In this document: one piece after another, positions 50,232-63,000 of the stretch | Layout of the letters: the number at the start of each line of letters is the position of its first letter | Position numbering within the stretch: position 1 is the stretch's first letter | Program-made: the position numbers and the translations under genes | Notes under the pieces: generated by a model | Database searches by the model: none | What the model was told of the DNA's origin: nothing | What the model saw: only the letters and a program-made list of their open reading frames with translations | Assembly: GCA_024137785.1 (NCBI GenBank) | Contig: JAHRHZ010000099.1 | Span: forward strand, 2,216,494 to 2,280,493 | Direction: 5' to 3' | Length of the DNA: 64,000 nucleotides | Source of the DNA: Ginglymostoma cirratum | Taxonomy: Eukaryota

Positions 50232-50361
50232 AGAGATAAAAGGTACTGCAGATGCTGGAGAATCCGAGATAACAAGCATGGGGCTGGATGAACACAGCAG
50301 GTCAAGCAGCATCATAGGAGCAGGAAAACTTGACGTTTCGGGCCTAAACCCTTCATCAGAA
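50232..50361 (-). mobile_element. Young Penelope terminus (family A) inserted in the C exon of gene 2
   Basis: 130 bp between the AGC and AGT codons. 50232-50324 is identical to 41172-41264. Only a 2-bp AG ambiguity at the junction. Confidence 0.92.
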
Positions 50362-50364
50362 AGT
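50326..50364 (-). ncRNA. Minimal type I hammerhead ribozyme motif
   Basis: UUU-CUGAUGA-A-[GGGU-UUAG-GCCC]-GAAA-CGUC-AAG: intact core, palindromic ACGU stem III, 3-bp stem I. Confidence 0.7.
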
Positions 50365-50699
50365 TACCTCACTCTGCCAGCTTCCGAGTGGAGCTCACAC
50401 GAGCTTTACTCCTGCGAAGTAAAACACCAGACCCTCAGCTCCACACTTGAGCAAAGCATCAGGCGATCAAGCTGCATGTGATGAAGAAAGAAATATATTA
50501 TTAAAAAATGTTGTCTTTTCTGTACTCCTGTTGAAAATAACTTGTCGCTGTTTCTTAATTTGAATCTCATCCAATTTTTACACTGTTGGTCTCTTTTTGA
50601 AAAGCAAGGGTGAGTGACCGTCTCATCTTTAAGCAAAGTAACGCCGTTGCATTTGCGTGTGCTGTATTAATAATGTCTTATTTTTAGCCTGGCTTAAAT

Positions 50700-50705
50700 A
50701 ATAAA
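50700..50705 (+). terminator. Putative polyadenylation signal of gene 2
   Basis: AATAAA ~220 nt after the stop. An ATTAAA also lies at 50500-50505. Confidence 0.5.
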
Positions 50706-51896
50706 ATACCACGAGTACGCAAAATGCTGTGTAGCTCACAACGCAAAGGCCAAATTCGCTATCAGCGATTCACACTGAAAGTATCAGGAAGTGATCATTG
50801 ACAGGCAGATACTGACTGACTCCAGTGTGTACCTCCAGCAAGTGCTACTTTCTTTTGAACTCACGGATTTGCAAGAGTTTGTTGGATTTATAGTATTATC
50901 CAGCGCGTCCACTTCCCCTTCCTACGAGGGAACTCGTTTATTCGACATTTGTGAAAAATACGGAGAAATTATCAAACATTTAAATAGTGCCTTCTAGCTT
51001 CTTCAAAACAAAAGGGTCTCAAAGGAAATCAGGCAACACAATGAGAGGAGTCTTGACACAATGAGAGGAGTCGGCAGAGGTGGTGAACTGTTATTTTGAT
51101 AGGGACTTGAAGTAGAAGACGGTATAAAAATAAGGGGCCATCCACTTAACATGAAAATGAGGACTTGTTTTTCTCTCAGATTCTTTGGAATTCTCTTGCC
51201 CAGAGAGCACTGTGAGGCTGGATCACTAAATATTTTCAAGGCTGAGATTAAGGGGAATGAATGGTTATCGGGAATAGATGGCAACATGGGGTTGAGGCCA
51301 CCGTTAGAAGGTATTTTATTGGCAGTGAAGCCTGGGCACTTTCTAAATCTGTGAACTGCGCTTTATGAATGCGGGTCATTTCTTTAGACGTTCCACTGTC
51401 AAAATGGCAATCTCTTTTTTGACTGTCTTTTTATTTAATCAGAATGACTGAGTGGGAAAACAATCTTTTAAATATACTGTAGTTTCTAGTTAGAGACCAA
51501 GCGAGTTTTCAAAGTGTTAAATTTTCCACTAGTGTCAGCAAACCGATATCACCACCTTTCCGAGTGTTAACCCCAAGTAGTCATTATCAGGCTCAATGGC
51601 TTGATCTTGCCTCTTGATGAAACCCAGTATTGGTCAACACATACTAACATTTTAACCCAATGCAGGGCCCATATGCAGGCTTTCTGAGAGGGGTGACGTT
51701 CAACTGCAAGGAGGTTCTGTTCCAACTCACATAGAACCATGTTTAGATGGCATGACACAACTGTCAACATTTGTGAGCTCCCTGTTGAAAAGAGAAATGA
51801 AAGGGCAGGAGAAAGTGCAACAGAAGTTGCCAGTTAAACAGCCCATCTGAGAGTCATCTTGCGTTGTTGTAACAAAAATAAAAACTTTAAAAGGGA

Positions 51897-51996
51897 CAAA
51901 AGCAAAGTTGCTGGAAAAGCTCGGCAGGTCTGGCAGCATCTGTGAAGGAAAAAACAGAGTTAACGTTTCGGGTCCGGTGACCCTTCCTCAGAACAG
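51897..51996 (-). mobile_element. Penelope terminus (family B) with TSD
   Basis: Flanked by AACTTTAAA(A)GGGA at 51883-51896 and 51997-52009. Confidence 0.82.
51958..51994 (-). ncRNA. Minimal type I hammerhead ribozyme motif
   Basis: GUU-CUGAGGA-A-[GGGUC-ACCG-GACCC]-GAAA-CGUU-AAC: perfect 5-bp stem II, GUU/AAC stem I, ACGU palindrome. Confidence 0.75.
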
Positions 51997-54129
51997 AACT
52001 TTAAAGGGAACCTACCAAATTGAAATTGCATTTCCAGCTGCGAGCATGCTGAAGTATCTATCAACCTTGGGAGGCCTCTATCATATCAGGAACATTTTTT
52101 TAGTGATTGGATATGGGTATCGCAAGTTAGGCCAGCATTTATTACCCATCCCTAATTACCCAGAGGCTAGTTAAGAATCAGCCACATTGCTGTGGCTCTG
52201 AAGTCACATGTAGGCTATTCCAGCTAAGAACAGTAACTTACTTTCCTAAAAGACATTAGTGAACTAGATTCCACCATCTGCCATGATCAGGACATTTTAA
52301 CCCAGGACATTATCTGGGTCTCTGGATTAATAGCATCATCAGGCTATCACCTCCCCAGTTTTCAGTATTGGTTGATATTTGGTAGCCTTTGTGTTTGCCG
52401 GTGGGTAGCACTCAGACACAAGAGAGCAAAGATGATATGGGCCAAATGCAGGCAGCTGGGACTAGTTTAGTTTGGGAAACTTGGTTGGCATGGACGCTTT
52501 GGACAAAAGGGTTTGCTTCCATGCTTTATGATTCCATGAGTCTATAATGCTGAGTCAGAGGGGCCAAAAGGAAGGCTGGCCAACACTGACCAAATGGTGG
52601 AAATAGCACACTGAAAGCTTTTGAAGATGGCAATGTAGTGATAGGTCACTGAATTGCTAATGCCAAGGCCTAGGCTAACATTCTGTAGATATGGCATCAA
52701 ATCTCATCGAATCAAATCAAATAGTAGCTGGTGGAACTTGAACTCATTTAATAAATCTAAGTCTGAACACTAGTCTCAACGTTGCTGATGGTGGATACTG
52801 TCATTTTTTTTGTAATTACATCTCATCAGGCTCACTAATGGTCTTGAGGGAAGGGAATCTATCAACCTTACCCGATCTGGTCTACATGCGACTGCAGACC
52901 CACAGAAATATGGTTGACTTGCATCTGTCTCTGAAATAGCCTCACAAGCTATTCCAATTAAGGGGATGAATAATACATTTTCAGCTCACTAGTGCTCACC
53001 CAGCGGTAATGTCCGATGGAAGCCCTTGATAAACAGTCAGGCCAGGACACTGCAGTCTGTCTCAATTCCAACACCTGGACTAGGCAGCAAGGAACTTTGG
53101 CCTGGCTGATAAAAAAGAAATGTAAAGCAAAATAAGGGAAAGTAAAGGATGAGTCATTGAGGCCAACAGTGTGTACCACAAGACAACAGCCGATTGGAAA
53201 TTTTGCTGGACTAGTCTTGCAAAGGCCAGGAGTAATGTTATGGGGAAGCGCAGGTGGCAGCTTGACAAATTAAATTAGAACATCTAGAATATGGAGCTGG
53301 TTCTCAGGAATAGTGACCACAGCAACTGCAAACAAATGTTTTCAAATCCCTCTGGTTTAATAGTAGCCCTTAGAGAAGAAAATGTGGGATCCTTTTCCTG
53401 GTTTGGCCTACACATGACTCCAGACCAACAGCATATGATTGACTCTCACTATTCTCTGAAGTGACCCAGAAAGCCATTCATTTCATGGACCATTAGAGAT
53501 GGGCAACAAATATTGGCCTTGTCAGCTACACCAAGGCATAGGCATGAAAGCACAACAAGAAATAAAAACACTTAAGGCATCAATCTGCAGGGACAATACC
53601 TCCATATGACTGTATTTGCTTCTCATGTGCTATTTTAGACCCGTTCCCCCTTTACAAAATGACTGTATAAGCTCAGATAATGGCACTCATCTCCCTGCTG
53701 CCAGGAAAATGCTTGTTAATTAGCTCCTCAATGACTCAGTGTCCGACCACTGCCAGGAAGGTAGCCATTTGGACACTCAGCATAGCCATGGGGAGAAATA
53801 GAATTGGAGGTGACAACATGTCAGGGGTTGGCTTTCACAGCTCTTTCAGCATTTTTGCACCACATCGTCTTCCTTCACTGCCCTCTTCTCCAAAAAGGCA
53901 CCTCCATGGGGGCCAGGGGAATTCAGGCTATAAAGCCCCTGACCCAAATCATCCACAACCAAGAAGTCAAAAAGGCCATGTAGCTATTTCTGCAACGTTG
54001 CCACCCAATGATCACTGACTGATGCATTAGAGGAGGAGGAGGGTGAGCCGTGAGTTTCGACTCACTGGATCAGATGGAGAAACTGTAGCATTCTCCAGAT
54101 TCCCTCCCATGAGGGTACCCTCCCACCCT

Positions 54130-55741
54130 TTTAGACTTGAAAGGATTGAGGTTAGTAAGGAGGGGGTGTTATCAATTCTAGAAGGTATGAAGGTAGATAA
54201 ATCCCCTGGGCTGGATGGGATTTTTCCGAGGATTCTCTGGGAAGCTAGGGAGGAGATGGCGGAGCCGGCGGAGCCTTTGGCCTTGATCTTTGAGTCGTCA
54301 TTGTCTACAGGTTTAGTACCAGAGGACTGGAGGATTGCAAATGTTGTGCCCTTGTTCAAGAAGGGCAGTAGAGATGACCCAGGTAATTATAGACCAGTGA
54401 GCCTTACGTCTGTTGTAGGAAAAGTTTTGGAAAGGATTATAAGAGATAGGATTTATAATCATCTAGCAAGCAACAATTTGATTGGAGATAGTCAACATGG
54501 ATTCGTCAAGGACAGGTCGTGTCTCACAAACCTGATTGAGTTTTTTGAGAAGGTGACCAAGCATGTGGATGAGGGTAGGGCAGTTGACGTGATGTACATG
54601 GACTCCAGCAAAGCCTTTGATAAGGTTCCACATGGTAGGCTATTGGAGAAAATGCATGGGATTGAGGGAGATTTAGCAGTTTGGATTAGAAACTGGCTTT
54701 CTGAAAGAAGGCAACGAGTGGTGGTTGATGGAAAATATTCAGCCTGGAGTCCGGTTACTAGTGGTGTGCCACAAGGATCTGTTTTGGGACCACTGCTGTT
54801 TGTCATTTTTATAAATGACTTGGACGCAGGCATAGGTGGATGGGTTAGTAAGTTTGCAGATGACACTAAAGTCGGTGGAGTGGTGGACAGTGTGGAAGAA
54901 TGTTGCAGGGAGACTGGATAAACTGCAGAATTGGGCTGAAAGGTGGCAAATGGAGTTCAATGCAGATAAGTGTGAGGTGATTCACTTTGGGAAGAATAAT
55001 AGGAAGGCAGAATACTGGGTCAATGGAAAGATTCTTGGTAGTGTGGATGTGCAAAGGGATCTTGGTGTCCAGGTACATAGATCCCTGAAAGTTGCCACCC
55101 AGGTTGATAGTGCTGTTAAGGCGGCATATGGTGTATTAAGTTTCATTGGTAGAGGGATTGAGTTCCGGAGCCGTGGTGTCATGCTGCAATTGTACAAAAA
55201 GCTAGTGCGGCCTCACTTGGAATATTGCGTACAGTTCTGGTCACCCCATTACAGAAAAGATGTGGAAGCATTGGAAAAGGTGCAGAGGAGATTTACCAGG
55301 ATGTTGCCTGGTCTGGAGCAAAGGCCTTATGAGGAAAGGCTGAGGGACTTGGCTCTGTTCTCATTGGAGAGAAGGCGGCTAAGAGGGGATTCAATAGAGA
55401 CATACAAGACAATCAGAGAATTAGGTAGGAAGGACAGGGAGAGTCTTTTTCCTAGGATGATGACGTCGGCTTGTACAAGGGTGCATAGCTGCAAATTGAG
55501 GGGCAATAGATTTAAGACAGATGTCAGAGGCAGGTTCTTTACTCAGAGTGGTAAGGGCGTGGAATGCCCTGCCTGCCAATGTAGTTAACTCAGCCACATT
55601 AGGGGCATTTAAACAGTCCTTGGATAAGCATATGGATGATGGTGGGATAGTGTAGGGGGATGGGCTTAGATTAGTTCACAGGTTGGCACAACATCGAGGG
55701 CCAAAGGGCCTGTTCTACACTGTATTGTTCTATGTTCTATG
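54130..55741 (+). mobile_element. Relatively young 5'-truncated CR1 LINE (RT)
   Basis: Long open frames 54043-54921 and 54836-55588 with [55 protein letters not shown]. (TTCTATG)n tail. Confidence 0.95.
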
Positions 55742-57974
55742 ACTTTGACAACAAGTCTACAGATACCCAGAGACAGGGGCCTCTGCTGTCCTTTCTCCAA
55801 GATTGCACTTGTATCTACATAGGAAATTGGAAGAAAGCATAAAGAAATTTACTTCCAGGGTTCAGACCAATTGGGTTTCTTTCCAAATACTTGCTGTGCA
55901 TTGTGCTGCCACCAGCTTTTGAGGTAAATCACGCAGACTCAAGATTTTCAACCAGATTTCCAAGTAGCATTGACAGTGTTCACAGTTACATCCTTACTTT
56001 GACATAGTGACTTATCTGCTATACGAAAGCCTATCTTTTTAGAGCCTCATCTCATGAATTTGAGCGCCATTTGGTACTCAGTATCGACCTTTACTGGGAT
56101 CTAGTCATTGCAGAAAATGCATGACTCTACTGTTTAGTTTGGTTATTCTAATTATGATAATACAATTACTCATCTCTTAAAAAGAGTAATCAGCAAGCTG
56201 GATAAACATTTTTAAATAAGTTTCAGCTAATCCAAAAATAATTTTCTGATGGGTGATGTGACCGTGGAACCGTGTGCAATTTGGTTTAGCACCACTAGAG
56301 GACGCCTAAGCCCTTTTTAAGTCTCAGCCACTGTCGAAAAGAAAGCGTCAACTGCAGAAAATATGTTCATAGCCTGTCCAAACAGGTGATTAACATTTAA
56401 AGTTTTTACAGCTTTTCTTTTAAAGGTGGCACAATGTCCCTCGGGATGGAGGTCTGCTGTCCTTCGGTAGTCTGACCAGCATGTGACTCCAGACCCGCAG
56501 AAATGTGGTCGGCTGTTAAATGCCCCTTGAAAAGGCCTAAACAGCCACTCAGGATCAAGGGAAATGAGGGAGGGATAACAGAGACTGGCCTTGTCAATTA
56601 CTTCCACTTCCTATGAAAGTAGAGCACTGTTAACATGTGGCAAGTTTTTTTTTCCCGACAGCTGTAATACATTTGAAAATCCTTTTGAATCTGCAGCAAA
56701 AAGATGGAAGTTTAGTATTTTTGGAGTGTAATGACAGTTACAGATTGCAAGATTATGATCAGTGGCTCTGTAAGTTGATGAGGCAGGAGTTGGCTGCTTG
56801 TTGAACAGTTACTGCTGGTAAATGCATTTCAGCTCCAGTAATTTGGAAAAATATACATTTCTATACAAATGCAGGGCTAATATTAGCAATAAAGAGTTTA
56901 TAGACACGAGTTGATTAAGTGAGTAGACTTATTTTTACTTACGTAGAAGAGATAGAATAGCCTTTATTGTCATCTATACTCATTGAGTAGTGAAAACTTT
57001 TCGCATTGCCAATTACAGCACCAATTTATATACAAAAAGTACCTAAGCACAGCTTCTTTTGTTACAAGATTTTAGACAATACAGAAATAAAATGCACAGT
57101 CTTACAGAAATAAGACTTCAGTACAGTAGACCACATTTGCCTGGAAGCTAGATGCCACACTGGGCCCTGGCTCCATGCCACACAACACTGCCAATCCATG
57201 CTCAGAGGCCTCTGCAGGAGGCCAGAAGGTCTCTATGCAATGCCAGGAGGCTGGTACAGGATGAATCCACTGCACCAGGCTATTAAAAAAAAAAAATCAG
57301 GACTTTGAAGGTTGTAATTTCTGGATAGAAATAGGAAGAGAGAGCAGATGAAAGCATTGCTGAAGAGTTGGTCCAGGAGTGAGTGCTTTAGATTTCAGGA
57401 TTACTGGCTCCTTTTCTAAGGAAGGTGGGACCTGTACAATCTGATGCATGGGACCTAAGTCAAACCGAACCAACATCTTTATAGTGGGGGTTTCTAGAGC
57501 TGTTGGTAGGGATTTAAACTTATTTGGCAGGGCAAAGGGATACTGAGTAGATGCATAATGAGGATGAAGCACAGACAAGTTTAAGAAAATATCAAATCAG
57601 TCTGGAAAGCAAATCATATATAATCAAGTGAAGGTGCAAGGATGCATGGCATTTATTTTAAAGCAAGGTGTCTTATGAGTAAGGCAGGGGAGTTGAGGGA
57701 CTAGGAGCTCAATATTCTGAGTATAGAAGTAAGATTTAAGGTAGTCATGGAAAAGGACAAAGTGGACTGGAAATAGAGATTCTGAATTAAGTGCAGATGG
57801 GTTTTAGTTTAAGACTGGATCTGGGAGCAGCTACTTGTAGGAAAATCTACACTGGAGCAATGGAAGTCTTTCAGAAAGGAAATAGTGAAATGCAGGGCCA
57901 TCACATTCTTGTGAAGAGTATTGCCTGGTTGGCTCTCTTGACTAAAATTTTTGTCTGAACACAAAGACTGATAG

Positions 57975-58590
57975 AAACGTATAGCATGGAAACAGACCTT
58001 TCAGCCCAACTCATCCATGCGGACTAGATATCCTAAATTAATCTAGTCCCATTTGCCAGCATTTGGTCCATATACTTCTAAACACTTCCTATCCATATAC
58101 ACATCCAGATGCCTTTTAAGTGTTGTAATTGTTCCAACTTCCACTACTTCCTCTGGCAGCTCATTTATACACGCACCAGCTTCCTCAGGAAAAAAAAATT
58201 GCCTCTTAGGTCCCTTTTAAATCTTTCTCCTCTCACCTTCAACTTATGTCCTCTTGCTTTAGACTCCCCCACCCTGGGGAAAGGCCACATCTATTCATCC
58301 TATCCATGGCCCTCATGATTATGGAAACTTCTATAAAGGTCACCCCTTAGCCTGCGACACTCTAGGGAAAAATTTCACAACATCTTTTCTATAGCAGGGA
58401 GACCAGAATTGCATGCAGTATTCCAAAAGTGGCCTAACTAACGTCCTGTGCAGCTGCAACATGACCTCCCAACTCCTATTGTCAATACCCTGACCAATAA
58501 AGGCAAATGTACCAAACACTTTCATTATCCTGTCTACCTGCAACTCCACTTTCAAGGAACAATGACCCTACATCCCTAGGTCTTTGTTCA
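57975..58590 (-). mobile_element. CR1 LINE 3' fragment
   Basis: [20 protein letters not shown] and a CR1 3' UTR. It is nested among older plus-strand CR1 remnants (~57300-59390). Confidence 0.82.
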
Positions 58591-60002
58591 TCAGAAGAAA
58601 CAAATCTATATCAACTGACCACTACCTTGATTAGTTTATATAAAGCAGACGAGCAATTTACACCACTTGGTTTGAAAAAGTTAACAGCAAGCATGCAATT
58701 AATCAACACACACTAAGCTTGACATTCCCAGAACAGCCAGCAAAATAAAAACTAATGCTGAAGAATAAAGATTACACTGGCTGTGTATCCCTTTCAGATC
58801 TTGGGAGTCTTCTCCACACCCAGGTGTAGGGTTCACTTTGCAAAGGTTACTGTTCAGAGATTTCACTCATGGCACACAAATCCTTCATTTTTTAAAATCA
58901 ATTTTCCTTATCTTCCCAAATCATGGTGTCTTGCTCTTGTTGGCTTCTCAGCTCATCTGAGAGCAGTGGCCCTCCACTATGGAGTCACTCCAAGGACAGC
59001 TTTAGGATTACCTCATTACCTAGCCCAGCAGCTAGGGCTCAGGTAATTTCAGTTCAGTTACTGTCTTTGAGAGAGCAGCATCTGGCCAACAAGAGGAGAA
59101 AGGGTACAAGTAGTCCAGGGAACCCTGGACATCAAGGAATGTAGTGTTGGATAAGGGAAAAAAAAAAAAGGAAGTGCATGGTAATCTGCAAGGTTTCAAA
59201 ACACTGGAATCTCCAGATACATATTGAAAATGCAGGGGGTTGCGCAAAAAAAAAATTAGAAAAACAGAGGGAGCATAAAAGAACACCGATGAGTAAAATA
59301 AAAGTAAATCCAAAAAAGGTGTTGTATCAATGTATTGTGGTCAAGAGAATAACCAGGGAGAGAGATGATGTTCCATTATGTTGTGAAGTGGAGGGCAACC
59401 CCCGCCTCCGATAACTAAAACTGAAACAGAGGCTTGCCTCACCTTAATCTGTTAAAAGTGTGAAAAGTGGCATAATCTGCCTCTCAGCCTCAAGCTGTTA
59501 TAAAATGAGTGGTTAAATTAAACGAAACCACTTCACTCACTCCATAATCAACAAGTAACAATTTACTTATCTACCTCTAACAGAACTACTAACAAACCAA
59601 ACAATTCCCCATTAACTACTAATTCATCCTGAACCAACCAAACTTCGAATGGTATGCTGCTCCAGTAAGTACAAGTCCCACCTACATAAACCAAAGTAGT
59701 AATAAAATTAAGATGTGATCTCAAAATTACAGCCAGGATATGATTTCCAGAATGCTCCGCACACTTCCCGGTGATCTTCAGTCAGAAACACCTTTCTGTT
59801 GAATTCTTGTGACAGGAATACCCCTTTTCATCAAATTCTTGCATCAAGAATATTAACTGAGAGTGCTGCTATAATTTTAGTTCAATGATGGTTCTCAGAG
59901 CTTAGAGAATTCTGTGACAGCCCTTAGAGCCGATAGGTTATTAACTATTGGATTAACTAACTTCTTATAACTAGTTATTAACTAACTTCTTTAACAAATC
60001 CA

Positions 60003-63000
60003 TCAGTGGTGCCACCACACAATAACGTTTGGTAAAAACTTCCTGCAGAATCTGCACAATCCCAAAAATTGCAACTCCATCTCGGAGGATGTTCTTAAAA
60101 ATTCTTCCACAGCCTTTGTGTTCACATTCCTTGGTGTCATCCATTCATGTCTGATGCTGCATCCAAAGAACGTCACTTCCGTCTTTGAGAATTCTGACTT
60201 TGCCAAATTTGTGACCAACTTTGCCTTCTGTATTCTCTTGAAGAACTCTGCCAAATACGCCATGTGTTCTGTCCACGAGTGGACAAAGATCACTAAGTCA
60301 TCTAGATAGATGGCACAAATAGTCAATCCAGCCACAACTCTGTTCATAAGTGTTCGAAATGTGGCTGGTGCATATTTCATTCCAAAGGGCATAACTTTAA
60401 ATTGATACAGCCCATTTGGTCTGCCCAAAGATACTTGCCAGCAACTGTGACGCAAGTCCAACTTTTATGTTGGTGGCTTGTACAAATTTTTCCCCATACA
60501 GTCCTCCCACCTTGGAAGTGGGTAGGAGTCCTATTTAGTCACAGCATTGACCTTCCAATAATCTGCACAGAATCACTGAGTAACATGTTTGGGAACCAAC
60601 ACAACCAGCAAACTCCATTTGCTTTATCTCAGTTCAATGATGTCTTCTTGAAGTATCACTTCCACTTTCTTTTGTGGATGTGCTGCTTTGAGAGGATTAA
60701 GCATGTAGGGATGTTGATTTATTGGAACAGCACTTCCTACATCCACTTTGTTACTATAGTATTAATCCTCCCCGTTTTATTTCTACATACATACTAAATG
60801 CTGCAACAGGTCTTTCCATTCAGGTCTCTGTTCCTGAGAGAGATAGCTTACTACCTTATCCCGTTGTTTTTTTTTAAGAAAAGGACTTCGTCAGATTCAA
60901 TTTATTCTGAGACACATCAAAATCTGAATCATCTGGATTTGATTCCTCACTCAGTGTCAGTGACTAATACCTGCTTGTCCGATTCCCTTTCCTCATCATA
61001 GTAAGGTTTCAGCATGTTCCCATGACAAACCCAATAATTTTTTATTCCCTATCTGGCATTTTTACTCCACCTGACTTAACGCCTCAATCTGGTAGGTACC
61101 AATACACCTTGCTTTGAAGGGATCTCCTACTACTGGTAATAACACCAATACTTTATCCCCATGGGCAAACATGCAAATTTTAGATTTCTTATCCACTGCT
61201 TGCTTCAGTAGCTACTGTACCACCTTCAAATGTTGTCTAGCTAATTCACCTACTCTGTTTAATCTTTCTCTCACCTCAGATTCATAATCAAACAGAGATC
61301 TCTGACTTCAGACCTATCAATCAATTTTTCTTTGTGTCAGAGTATCAATTCAAATGGAGTAAACTGAGTTGACTCATTTTGAGAATGTCTAATAGCAAAC
61401 AATATAAAAGGGATACCTTTTATCCCAATCACTTGCATAACCCGGGCAATAAGCCCTCAGTATGTTCTTCAGAGTCTGATGCTGCTTTTCCAATGCTCCC
61501 TGGGATTCAGGATGGTATACACTTGATTGAATGTGTTGGATGCCTAACCTGTCCATGACCTCCTTAAATAGTTTGGAAGTAAAATTAGAGTCTTGGTCTG
61601 ACTGAATCTCCCTGGGTAGTCCATAATGGGTAACGAAAGCAAGCCATTCCTCCACAATCTTCTTTGCCTTGACATTCCACAATGGAATTGCTGCCGCGAA
61701 TCTGGTAGACACAACCATTATGCTTAAATAATGGTTCCCACTTTGATTTGGGAGGAATCTACACAATCAAAACCTGCGTGAAAGATTGTTCAAATGTGGG
61801 AATCAGCATTAAAGGCACTAGTTTTATTACTGCTTGTGGCTTTCCTACCATACGAAAAGTATGACAGGTCCAGCAAAACTCAACCACATCTTTATGTAAT
61901 CCAGGCCAATAGAAATGTTTTTTTTTCTTAGCCTCAGTGTTCCTCACTGAGATGTCCTCCTACAGGAAATTTGTGTGCTACCCACAATACTTCCTATCTG
62001 GTGAACTTCCTCCCCTGCACTCGCCTGTCAAGGTCTCCACTTCTGCCTTAAGAATTTATCCTTAAATGTAACAACATTCTGGAATACATTCTGATTCCTT
62101 TTGAGTAGGCTTTATGGTATAAACCTTTTATTGTCACATCTTTTTGTTGTAATTCCGTTAGTCTTTCAGAACTAATTATCTCTGCCTGATCCTCTACCTG
62201 CTTCATTTTCTACTTTGCAATTTCATCAAACAAGGTATCAGCTAACTGGACCTCAACGCCATCTTCCTCTTTGGTTTTCCATTCATGCTTTAACTTATCA
62301 CTGTGGGTCATTGTCAACACAGTGTGGAAATATTCCAGAGCATATTGTTTTTAACTCCTCACTTCCATGGTTTTCTTTGGACTTCACCACAACGGGTATC
62401 ACTCCCACCTTTGATCTGGCTAGGTCATTTTCAAGAACAAGCTGTGTTCCTGGATTAGACACTCTTTCAATCACTCTCACTGTCACTTTCCCAGTCTTGA
62501 TTGGACTTTCTAGCCTTATTTTACATGAGGGAACATTAAATCTCTGTCCATTTATTCCACAGATTATCAAACAGGTAAATTTTCAGAAGGAGTGCAAATA
62601 ATTTCACATCTTACTATTGGAGACTGGCCAGCTCCCGTATCTCAATACTTCAATTTCTTTACCTTCTGCCCCATTCTTCCTGAGTAAAACCTTCCCCACA
62701 GAGGTGAAGTCTTTGAAGAGATTGGGCACAATCTTACTATCCAGCCAGTGGCTAGACTGTGGACTTCCCTACAGGTCCTCAACTTCTTTTGGGATTTCCT
62801 TCACTACCCACTTGTTTGGTGTGTTTTACCACATCCTTTCCCCCCAGTGCCTCTCTTAATCCACCAGCACTGTGACTTTGTGTGCTCCCGTTGAATACAG
62901 TGGAAACACTTCAAGCCTTTCACCCCTTTTATCACCCTCTTGAGTTTCTTTCTTCACAGATGTAAACTGCTCCAGGATGACATACTTTTTGTTTTTCATT

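Larger units (their letters stand above)
50023..50481 (+). pseudogene. Constant exon of gene 2, interrupted by a 130-bp insertion
   Basis: TTTCGCTTCTAG acceptor, then (G)RQPAKPKVSLLPPS...ATLMC...W...DQTYSLS [insert 50232-50361] SYLTLPASEWSSHELYSCEVKH...RSSCM*. The two halves are in different frames and the upstream frame stops at 50289-50291. No other lesion is visible. Pseudogene status is uncertain (see findings). Confidence 0.85.

Noticed and set aside
50395-50414. 20-nt identity between the two C exons (TCACACGAGCTTTACTCCTG, also 11630-11649) as a gene-conversion tract
   Set aside because: Too short and inside the most conserved motif (SHELYSC), so constraint explains it.
8449-51996. Recurring short repeats as a CRISPR-like array or DNA-transposon MITEs
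   Set aside because: They are dispersed with no spacers, have variable 12-16 bp TSDs and asymmetric arms, and are continuous with Penelope bodies at 6800-9400 and 40407-40826.
54043-55588. Longest ORFs in the window as a host gene or active LINE
   Set aside because: They are a 5'-truncated, frameshifted CR1 RT with no endonuclease or ORF1.
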